Shown: positions 20,850 through 28,345 of the stretch, piece after piece
Numbering within the stretch: position 1 is the first letter of the stretch
Layout of the letters: every line of letters starts with the position of its first letter
NCBI RefSeq assembly: GCF_000025485.1
Contig: NC_013851.1
Coordinates: 743,154 to 783,153, forward strand
Length of the DNA: 40,000 bases
Reading direction: 5' to 3'
DNA from: Allochromatium vinosum DSM 180
GTDB lineage: Bacteria; Pseudomonadota; Gammaproteobacteria; Chromatiales; Chromatiaceae
Notes under the pieces: model-generated
Database searches by the model: none
What the model was told of the DNA's origin: nothing
What the model saw: the letters and a program-made list of their open reading frames with translations, nothing else
Position numbers and translations under genes: made by a program

Positions 20850-21479
20850 TCATGAGGTAGCACGACGCACCAGCAGCAGTCCGCAGCCGAACGCCTTAGC
20901 GGGACCAAGGCCGTTTTCCAGTAATGCGACTAGCGCATTCGGATCAAGGACGGTCAAGAGACCCTCGAAGGTAGCGCACAGGATCTTTCCGCCTCGGTTG
21001 GCCTTACGAAAGTAGAGAGGCGGATGCGGTGTGACAGCGACAGCCTCGACTTCGGCGACATCCTTGAGCCGCTGTATCAGCCAGGATTTTTGGGTTTCCT
21101 CAGTGATCAGCGGAACACGGCAGGTATCGCGTGTCTTCCGTGGTTTGGTGTCTGCCTGTCGATCTTTGATGGTCTTGATCGGGTTCGCCGTCAGGATAAA
21201 GGCGAGCCGTTGGCCTTGCGAGGGTTGCGGGTTGATCTCTCGGCTACCGATGAGGTTCAGGGTGGCCTCGGGTTGTGGCATACACCTGGATTGAATCAGA
21301 ACCTGGGCCGGTCGGCCGGGCCGATGGTCCTCCACCCGGAACAGGAATCCCCGACGCGGCTGATCCGGCGTTCGGCGTGATTCCGCCGCTTCGCCGGGAA
21401 AGAGTCGCCATATGGCGCGGTGCATGTCATAGGGGTTGCGGGCCTCGGACCAAGGAATCTCAGCGCGACTCAGGATCAT
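20850..21479 (-). CDS. cas6e: Cas6e (CasE) crRNA endoribonuclease
   Basis: 209 aa. MILSRAEIPW..NPYDMHRAIWRLFP..FLFRVE..VLIQS and the C-terminal GPAKAFGCGLLLV are typical of Cas6e. ATGA overlap with cas5e. Confidence 0.92.
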   Translation of the reverse strand: MILSRAEIPWSEARNPYDMHRAIWRLFPGEAAESRRTPDQPRRGFLFRVEDHRPGRPAQVLIQSRCMPQPEATLNLIGSREINPQPSQGQRLAFILTANPIKTIKDRQADTKPRKTRDTCRVPLITEETQKSWLIQRLKDVAEVEAVAVTPHPPLYFRKANRGGKILCATFEGLLTVLDPNALVALLENGLGPAKAFGCGLLLVRRATS

Positions 21480-22159
21480 GAAGATTCCTCCTCGCGATGC
21501 AGATAGAGGCGGCGAGTAGCAAATTGGCGATGGCGACCGTAGCGGGGAACGTCGCGAATCCAGGTTGGTTGATCCGAGACGAGTTCGTCTTCGCTGTAGA
21601 TGAGTCCGCCATGGGGCGGAAACTGCGCTAATGCCGCTTTCGCGTCATCGGCTTCAATGCAATCCGGGCGTTCGAGCAGGGGGCGGCCCAGGGGGCAGGA
21701 GCGTCGTCCCAAAACGGGCGTGAAGCGCGGTTGCCGCAGAGATTCGGCGATCCGCGCCAGACTGAAACTTGCGTCTGGTCTGGAGCCGATAGCCACGGCG
21801 AAGGCGGCATCGAATAGATATTCCCTATGCGACTGGATCGGGAATTTATTCGTCGATCCGTCGACCTTCCGGGCATCGAGCACGGTGTGATAGTCAGACA
21901 GCTTGGTATGGCGCTTGGGCATCAGGCGATCGACGCCGGGACGCGGAGCGCCCGTGTCGAGGCGGACTGTGAATGCGACGCTCTCGGCGAGTGCATCGAG
22001 ACTCGGGGTGTCGGATCGGTCCAGCCCGAGACAGGCGCCCAGGAGTCCAAGCAGACCGCTACGGGTTGGAAACGGGTTGCTGGGACGATAGTCCTCGAAG
22101 GTGTGTGTGCCCCAAGCCTGCATGGGGCCATCGAGTCGAAGGATCAGGTAGCTCGGCAT
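21476..22159 (-). CDS. cas5e: Cas5e (CasD)
   Basis: Start at ATG 22159 gives MPSYLILRLDGPMQAWGTHTFEDYRPS..PTRSGLLGLLGACLG, the typical Cas5e N-terminus. Confidence 0.92.
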   Translation of the reverse strand: MPSYLILRLDGPMQAWGTHTFEDYRPSNPFPTRSGLLGLLGACLGLDRSDTPSLDALAESVAFTVRLDTGAPRPGVDRLMPKRHTKLSDYHTVLDARKVDGSTNKFPIQSHREYLFDAAFAVAIGSRPDASFSLARIAESLRQPRFTPVLGRRSCPLGRPLLERPDCIEADDAKAALAQFPPHGGLIYSEDELVSDQPTWIRDVPRYGRHRQFATRRLYLHREEESS

Positions 22160-22170
22160 GTCGGTACGCC

Positions 22171-23352
22171 TCACGCCCGACCATCGTTGGCAAGCCACTG
22201 TTCGAGGTCTGCGATCGAGGTCAGAACCTCTTGATCACCCAGCTTGATTCCTCCCCGGAGTGCAAAGGCGCGCGCCTGTTCGTCGAGTCCGTAGGCGCTG
22301 TTGACCCGTGACCAATAGTCGGCGAGCGCGGTGATGGATGGCTGGAGAAAACCTCCAATCTTGCGCTCACGTTCGATGGGTTCCTCGAAGGCGTTGGCAA
22401 GAGAGACGGGCTGATCGGCGAGGCTGACGATCACGAAGTCAGCCAGGTTGTGTGCCGCGAATGACTGCTGCTTGGCGGAAGGCACCACGGTGGCCAGCAG
22501 ATGCAAGACATGGCGAGCGATATCGAGCGCGCGCGCGCGCGACTCCGTCGTTTGCTCGGCATTTATGTTGGCCAGCAAGCCAAGATTAAACTGAAGCTGA
22601 CGCAGATTGAGGCTGGCATAGCGGTAGAAGACGCCCGCCGAGAATTGCTGGGTATTCAGGTGTCCGGCGCCGGTTTCGCCGGCATCCAGGGTCAGATCGT
22701 CGACAGCAGTGAACCAGTCGATGTCCTGAGGCTCCACCGTGTGGGTCGTGATGGCGTGAGCAACAGCGAGCGCCCCATCGACCGGATAGATGAGTTCGGA
22801 ATTGGCCATGCGTCCGGAGAGCGCGACATCCAGGTCGATGCGGGTGCGTTGCTCGCGCTCCAGACGCTGGATTTCGGCCTTCATGTACTCGATACGGCCT
22901 TTCTCCGGTTTGCCGGCGGCTTCGAGCAGGATCTGTTTGATTCCCTCGATTTCAGCGCAACTGAATGGAATGATCTGGGTTTCGATATGATCGCTTTTCT
23001 TGTCGCGTTCATACTTACCAATCTCGTCGATCTTGGTCTTTCCCTCGAAAATAGCCGCCGCATACAGCGCGCACTTCTCGATGGCCGTGGTCTGCTCAGC
23101 CGATTCGGCCGATGCGCTCAACTCGTCGGCCATTTTATCGAACAGCCGGCGCGTGCGCTGCGACTTACTAATAAAGTACCTGGCGTAATAGTCGCTATAT
23201 CTGATCGCGCGCTTGAGTGATTGACTGGAAATGCGCACCCGAGTCTTACCGCCGAAGATGGCGGTTTTCTGCATGTTCATGTCGTCCCGGTTGAGGCAGG
23301 ACGGACTGTGTGAAATGAGGACGTGGAAATTGACGAAATTCCTGGTGTTCAT
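22171..23352 (-). CDS. cas7e: Cas7e (CasC) Cascade backbone subunit
   Basis: 393 aa. FHVLISHSPSCLNRDDMNMQKTAIFGGKTRVRISSQSLKRAIR is almost identical in pattern to E. coli CasC. Confidence 0.96.
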   Translation of the reverse strand: MNTRNFVNFHVLISHSPSCLNRDDMNMQKTAIFGGKTRVRISSQSLKRAIRYSDYYARYFISKSQRTRRLFDKMADELSASAESAEQTTAIEKCALYAAAIFEGKTKIDEIGKYERDKKSDHIETQIIPFSCAEIEGIKQILLEAAGKPEKGRIEYMKAEIQRLEREQRTRIDLDVALSGRMANSELIYPVDGALAVAHAITTHTVEPQDIDWFTAVDDLTLDAGETGAGHLNTQQFSAGVFYRYASLNLRQLQFNLGLLANINAEQTTESRARALDIARHVLHLLATVVPSAKQQSFAAHNLADFVIVSLADQPVSLANAFEEPIERERKIGGFLQPSITALADYWSRVNSAYGLDEQARAFALRGGIKLGDQEVLTSIADLEQWLANDGRA

Positions 23353-23811
23353 TCACTTGTCTCCCTGGTCGATCTTGTGGAGGGCGATGTAGTAGCCTTC
23401 GACGAGGCGGCGTTTGCTGGATCCTGTCTTTTTACTGCCCCAGTACCAAAGGAGCGGAGCCAGATCTAGCCAGCCGACGGCTGGATGCAGTTGCATCACG
23501 AGCCGTCTCAAGGCGATGAGATCGTCCGGCGGATTGGCGCGGGCAATTTGCATGATCCGCTCTTCGGAAATGCTGTTGGCGCATAGAGTCATGAAGCCGG
23601 TGTTGCTGTTCAGTTCTGGGCACCAGGGCAGAAAAAACGCGAGCAGTGTTTCCTGATTCGAAGGTCTGCTTCCTGGAAACAGATGGTAGAGTCCAGGCAG
23701 ATCCCTCAAGTCGTCCGGCTCGGCGGCTCGGCGCAGTCCGGCCTTCGCTCCGTTGGGTAGCCGTTCGAAGCGAGCATGGTATTCGGCGAAATCCGGCGCT
23801 TCGGTGCTCAT
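23353..23811 (-). CDS. cse2: Cse2 (Cas11e, CasB) small subunit
   Basis: 152-aa ORF between cas8e and cas7e with Cse2-like size and basic helical composition. The ATG overlaps the cas8e C-terminal frame stop (ATGA). Confidence 0.85.
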   Translation of the reverse strand: MSTEAPDFAEYHARFERLPNGAKAGLRRAAEPDDLRDLPGLYHLFPGSRPSNQETLLAFFLPWCPELNSNTGFMTLCANSISEERIMQIARANPPDDLIALRRLVMQLHPAVGWLDLAPLLWYWGSKKTGSSKRRLVEGYYIALHKIDQGDK

Positions 23812-25330
23812 TGGCTCTCCTTGAGTTTCTTGAGATCAGCATTCAGGCTGCGGCGTGCCCAAGCGATGATTGGGATCAACTCAGGTTTCATTGTGTAAGG
23901 TTCGGTCATAGCATCGAAGATATCGCGGCAGTCAGCAGCAAGCGCATCGATATAAGCCGCGCGATTCTCTTTCCATTGCATGAACGTAGTCGGTCTGGAC
24001 AAAGTTTCAATGATTTTGCCTTCGGTCCGAGAGTAGAAGATTCGTTCTCCGACGTCCTGTATAGGAGATCCAATTCCTGGAAGCATTTTTTCTTATGCCC
24101 TTTGGACGCGAAAGAGAGCTTGTCCTTTAGACTCTCTTTGGCTTTTATGCCCAGCGCTACCAAATCTTTTAATCGACTGCCGTCTTCTTCGCTCCAGCCC
24201 GCTGCCAGAGAAAGCATCTCATGACGGCGCTCTGTGACCGATGCTTTGTTATTGCGGTAGCCGCCTATGATCAAAGTAAGTGGTTGGGGCTTTTCGAGCG
24301 CTGTTACTGCCATTGATTTAGCTTGAGCGACCGGAGTCGCTGGCCGACTGCCTTCTCCTTTCGGGCCATTGATGCGTAGGACCATCTCTGTGAGGCGTGT
24401 CCAGGCCGGAGCCTCTGTGGTGAAGGAGGCAAATTTCATCTCCAACGCACCCTTCTTGAGGCTCGACTGGAGTACGCCATGCGGATGCGGCCAAGTGCCT
24501 TCCAGCGTGAAGTTGAATTTCTCCTTCCGAAAGCCTGTGTAGAGCGGGCCAGCCTCAATGCCGAGCAGGTCGCAAGGTCCGGATTCGCGGCTACCAACCA
24601 GCTCGACATGGGCCGGCTGCCAGAACAGTCCGCGAGCGAGTCCGATTTGGTGAGCATGGATCGTCTCTTTTGACCGAATCGGTTCGATCCAGGTCGGCAG
24701 ATCCTGACTCAGGTCGTGCTGCCAATCCGGGAAATCCGTGCGGATGAACTCCGGGGTCAGCACATTGCACCAGATCCGTTTGCGCAGATTGCGGCCATCG
24801 ACGAGTGTCGTGATAGGAGCGATACCACGCAGACTGCCCTTAAAACCGCCGCCGAAGCTGGGGCAATTGGTCGCTTGATGGAAGAGCGCGATGGCGGCAA
24901 CCGGCGCTGAAAGCACCGAGACCTCACCAGGCGCGTTGAAAAAGGCATGATTGGTCCCCTCCGGCAGGCCGATCAGGAGTTTTTGGATGGGCGTGACGTC
25001 TTTGGCAACGACTCCGCGTGTTTGCATGAAAGGCTGCGTCGGGTGATCCAGGTCGAACCATTCCAGGCAGGGCGAAATGCCCTCGGTGAATTCGTCTGGT
25101 GTGAGCGGTATATCGATGCGGTCCAGCAGGACATCATCCTCCGGGGGCAGGAACATGATCTGCGTCATGCAGATCAGGAGTTGCAGACAGGCCAGTTCCA
25201 GGTCGTCTCGGGGAAGACTGATCTGCCAGTCTTCGTCTTCGCAGAGCAGTTCCTGATAGGTGAGCAACCGAAACGTGCCACTTCCGCCGTGGGCTCGCAC
25301 CGGGATCCAGGGTGTCTTCAACAGATCCAT
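23808..25330 (-). pseudogene. cas8e: Cas8e (Cse1, CasA) large subunit, reading frame broken at an A6 run
   Basis: N-terminal frame 25330->24092 (MDLLKTPWIPVRAHGG.., 421 good residues). The C-terminal 92 aa are in the -1 frame from 24086 to 23808 and are coupled to cse2. One extra A in the run at 24086-24091 would give about 513 aa. Confidence 0.85.
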
Positions 25331-25385
25331 AATCCTCATCCTGAACACGACTGGCGCCGCAGTTGGTGCAGACGCCTTGGTTTTT

Positions 25386-25535
25386 CTAGAGTCGAAGCAG
25401 GAACAGTGTTGCTATAAAGAACAGGAAAATCAGCAACATCAGCATCGCAATCAGTTTGAGTGCGACTATCCCATCCGGGCCCAGTTTGCCGAGTTCGACC
25501 ACCAGATCTTTCAAGGCTTTGATCGTCTCAAACAT
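25386..25535 (-). CDS. Hypothetical 49-aa tail-anchored hydrophobic peptide (candidate CRISPR-repressed toxin)
   Basis: ATG 25535 with GGAG 6 nt upstream. MFETIKALKDLVVELGKLGPDGIVALKLIAMLMLLIFLFFIATLFLLRL. About 25 hydrophobic C-terminal residues; AT-rich codons; first ORF downstream of the 25571-25598 promoter. Confidence 0.5.
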   Translation of the reverse strand: MFETIKALKDLVVELGKLGPDGIVALKLIAMLMLLIFLFFIATLFLLRL

Positions 25536-25570
25536 TCTGAGCTCCACCAAATCGAGTACGAATGTCGCTG

Positions 25571-25598
25571 AGTATAGTCGGCGCGTTTCAACTTGCAA
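25571..25598 (-). promoter_or_regulatory. Sigma-70-type promoter TTGCAA-16 nt-TATACT reading toward the small ORF and cas8e
   Basis: Minus strand -35 TTGCAA (25593-25598) and -10 TATACT (25571-25576). About 30 nt of 5' UTR with a GGAG SD follows. Confidence 0.55.
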
Positions 25599-25610
25599 GA
25601 GTTAAAGTGT
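25597..25610 (+). promoter_or_regulatory. Predicted Cascade binding site: AAG PAM + seed match to the mini-CRISPR pseudo-spacer
   Basis: AAG|AGTTAAAGTGT versus pseudo-spacer AGTTACAGTGT. 10/11 identical, the only mismatch at position 6. Overlaps the -35 hexamer of the minus-strand promoter. Confidence 0.6.
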
Positions 25611-25638
25611 TAATCTCATCGTGTGCTATTCTTTGACA

Positions 25639-25728
25639 GAATTCCCGGCTTAGCTTGGGATGACCCAAGTTACAGTGTCCTGTGACATCGAAATTGGGTT
25701 CGTTCCCCGCATTAGCGGGGTGCCTCCG
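25639..25728 (+). ncRNA. CreA/CreR-like mini-CRISPR (psiR1 - 32-nt pseudo-spacer - psiR2), inverted relative to the main array
   Basis: psiR1 25639-25667 is 16/29 identical to the repeat and psiR2 25700-25728 is 20/29 with an intact CCCCGC/GCGGGG stem. Exact 61-nt period. psiR2 overlaps the cas3 stop codon. Confidence 0.6.
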
Positions 25729-28345
25729 TCGGCGGGTCCATGAGGCCCGCCGTTTCTGCTTTGGCCAAGCCAAGCTCAGTCGTGTAGCAGACTCCTCCAT
25801 CAAGGCTACTCCAGCGTTGTTGGCCGTCGTCATGCATCTTGAGCCGAATGCGGCCATCCTCATCGCGGACGTGGCCCGCAAGCTGCCTGTCGCCCCAACT
25901 GTGCGGTGCGGGAACCGTGTTCAACATGAGCGTTTCAGCTTGGGTGTATTCGTCCATCTGGTCAGGATCTTCGCCGTCCAGCAGGCGACCATCCTCTCGA
26001 GTCAGCAGAACGGATAAGCTCATTTCGCCATCTCGTGTGAGCGAGGTCAGGCGCTCTTCGTCGTCGCGAAATTTGCTCAGGTTCATGGTCGTGAGACGAT
26101 GTGCTTTCTTTTCTGCCTCGCTTTGGTCGTCCCGCCACGCCAGATGTTTGCCATAGACGGTCCCAGGCTCATCATCCCAGGGAGCTTCTCCATAGACAGG
26201 CTCGATCCATTCCCGATAGGCTGCTGGAAAATGGATCTGCTTGTGCCGGGCCAGCAGGAACTCGGTTCGCCACAGCAGGCGTGCATCGCCGTAGATCAGT
26301 TCATGCAGACCGTAATCGTCCGTTTCGACCGACAGGACGGTGCAGGTGGGAACCTGGAAATCATCGGGACGTTTGCGCGAGTGTCTGTGCAAGCGTCCGA
26401 GACGCTGGAATAGGAGGTCGACCGGGCAGAGCTGAGTGATGAGCCAATCGAAGTCCAGATCGAGGCTCTGCTCGATGACCTGGGTCGCGACCAGGATGCG
26501 TCCTTGAGTCCGTTCGGCGTCACGTCCGTAGTGCTCGATCACCCGCTGCTCGATACGCTGTCGGTCCTGGAGCCTGAAGCGGGCATGGAAGAGATCGACG
26601 GGCACCTGGGCATTCTTGTGGAGCTGAATCCAGAGTTGCTGAGCATCGTCGACCGTGTTCATCACGATGCCAACCAGGGCACCGGATTCGGCTGCGTCGA
26701 TGATACGTTGGATGAGCGGCTCGTCGGGGCAAGCACCGCCCAGTTTGGAGAGGCTGACTTCGATGGTGCGTTGGGCCGGGCGCTCGGTGTCCGGCAAGCT
26801 CAAGGGTGAGTCGGATTCGGATAGCGCGGCCGTATTCCAGATGGCCGGATAATTGGCGACATCCGCGACTGGTTCGTGCCCCCATGATTCCAAAAGCTTG
26901 CCGCGAATGCTGGCGGGCAAGGTCGCCGACAGCAGGATGGCGCTTCCCCCAACCGCCTTCTGGCGCTTGAGCACCTCGATCAGCAGCCCATTCATGTAGG
27001 CATCATAGGCATGCACCTCGTCGACGATCAGAACGGAGCGGTGCAGCCCGAAAGCCCGGACGAAATTGTGTCTGACCGGCAGGACGGACAGCAAGACCTG
27101 ATCGACCGTGCAGACGCCGATCTGTCCCAGGAAGACACGCTTGCGGCTGCTGGCCAGCCAGGCGGCACACTGGACGCCGGCCTCGGTCTCGCCCTGAGCC
27201 GTGCGTTTGGATCCGGCCTCGATAAGCCGTTGGTACGCCTGATTCAGCCGACTATGCCCATGAGCCAGAACCAGATTCGCGCGACCAAAGGCGCTCTTGG
27301 AGAAGGTTTCACAACGTCCAAGCATCGCGTTTGCCGTGGCCTGAGTGGGAAGCGCGAAGACGATCGACTCGGCCAGTCCGGCATCGATCAGGCGCCAGGC
27401 GTAGGCCAATGCCGCTTCGGTCTTGCCGCTGCCCGTGGGAGCTTCAACGATCGTCAGTCCTGGAACAAGCGGCAGATCGTCGATCATGACCTGAGTGCCG
27501 CGCGGATGCTCGTCGGTTTTGAGCAGAGCCGGGATTCCCTGATAGGCCAGCGGCGTGGCGATCAGCCCGAAGTGCCTCAAGATATCGTCGCGTCTGATCT
27601 GCTCCAAGCGTGAATGCAAATAGTCGTTTGGAGAGAGTGCAGGCGGGGCGTAGGCAAAGACGTCGACATTGGAGCCTATCCAGTCGCACAGACTACAGAA
27701 TCCCGCCAGCAGGTTTCGGGCTTCGGTTACGCATGGCGGTGGTGGATCTTCGAGGCTCAACCCAGCCGGGTGGAGGAAGAGATCGGCCGCTTCCTGGATC
27801 CATGCACGGCGCGCATTGGCGTCTTGCTCCAATATAGTCGCTTCGGCATAAGCAGGAAGAGGATCGTCGTTATCCGGGATCTCTCCGTGATGCCCCGTCA
27901 CGGCGGCAAGCCACGAGGACCAAGCTTTCAATGCGTGACGGCTTGCGGGTTTGAACCAACCGCGAAGCTCGGCCATCGACAGACGGTATCCTTCACGGCC
28001 ATGATCGTAGTGTCCGCCCGAGGTATCGATCAGCTTCGTCGAGGCTAGATCGGGCCAGATCTGAGGCAGGATATGGGGGGCTTTGATCTGAAACAGCGCG
28101 TGCAGCTTTCCGATGTCATGGAGTGCGACGAAAAACAGGATCCACGCCAGAAGCCGCTGAATTTCCGCCTCTTCCACGTCAAAGGCAGCCATGAGAGTAC
28201 GGCGGACTGCCGACGAATCTCGCCAAAACGTTGCTGCAATTACTGCTGCATCGAGGGAATGGTAAGCGAAGGGATGCCATTTGTTGGCCCCTTCGACTCC
28301 CGTATCTGCCTTCGCCCAATAACGCCAATAGTCCTTGGATAACAT
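25712..28345 (-). CDS. cas3: Cas3 HD nuclease / SF2 helicase (I-E)
   Basis: Start at ATG 28345 (GGAG 7 nt upstream). HD region ..HPFAYHSLDAA..ALHDIGK.., helicase motifs APTGSGKTEAAL and DEVHAYD, C-terminal domain. 877 aa. Confidence 0.95.
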   Translation of the reverse strand: MLSKDYWRYWAKADTGVEGANKWHPFAYHSLDAAVIAATFWRDSSAVRRTLMAAFDVEEAEIQRLLAWILFFVALHDIGKLHALFQIKAPHILPQIWPDLASTKLIDTSGGHYDHGREGYRLSMAELRGWFKPASRHALKAWSSWLAAVTGHHGEIPDNDDPLPAYAEATILEQDANARRAWIQEAADLFLHPAGLSLEDPPPPCVTEARNLLAGFCSLCDWIGSNVDVFAYAPPALSPNDYLHSRLEQIRRDDILRHFGLIATPLAYQGIPALLKTDEHPRGTQVMIDDLPLVPGLTIVEAPTGSGKTEAALAYAWRLIDAGLAESIVFALPTQATANAMLGRCETFSKSAFGRANLVLAHGHSRLNQAYQRLIEAGSKRTAQGETEAGVQCAAWLASSRKRVFLGQIGVCTVDQVLLSVLPVRHNFVRAFGLHRSVLIVDEVHAYDAYMNGLLIEVLKRQKAVGGSAILLSATLPASIRGKLLESWGHEPVADVANYPAIWNTAALSESDSPLSLPDTERPAQRTIEVSLSKLGGACPDEPLIQRIIDAAESGALVGIVMNTVDDAQQLWIQLHKNAQVPVDLFHARFRLQDRQRIEQRVIEHYGRDAERTQGRILVATQVIEQSLDLDFDWLITQLCPVDLLFQRLGRLHRHSRKRPDDFQVPTCTVLSVETDDYGLHELIYGDARLLWRTEFLLARHKQIHFPAAYREWIEPVYGEAPWDDEPGTVYGKHLAWRDDQSEAEKKAHRLTTMNLSKFRDDEERLTSLTRDGEMSLSVLLTREDGRLLDGEDPDQMDEYTQAETLMLNTVPAPHSWGDRQLAGHVRDEDGRIRLKMHDDGQQRWSSLDGGVCYTTELGLAKAETAGLMDPPTEAPR
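25730..25762 (+). terminator. Candidate intrinsic terminator for the plus-strand mini-CRISPR transcript (antisense, inside the cas3 3' end)
   Basis: 7-bp GC stem CGGCGGG / CCCGCCG (25730-25736 / 25746-25752) followed by TTTCTGCTTT (25753-25762). Confidence 0.45.

Noticed and set aside
20767-21015. 82-aa plus-strand ORF spanning the hicB-cas6e junction
   Set aside because: It is antisense to the cas6e 3' end and the HicA stub, with no motif and no RBS.
25633-25661. TTGACA-17 nt-TGGGAT as the promoter of the mini-CRISPR
   Set aside because: It would start transcription at about 25668, removing the whole 5' handle, and the -10 is poor. The extended -10 TGCTATTCT (25624-25632) fits better. Neither can be decided without TSS data, so no promoter feature was called.
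25682-26017. 111-aa plus-strand ORF beginning in the pseudo-spacer / psiR2 and running antisense into cas3
   Set aside because: It has no RBS, is antisense to conserved cas3 coding sequence, and a plus-strand terminator lies at 25730-25762. The region is better explained as a small RNA gene.
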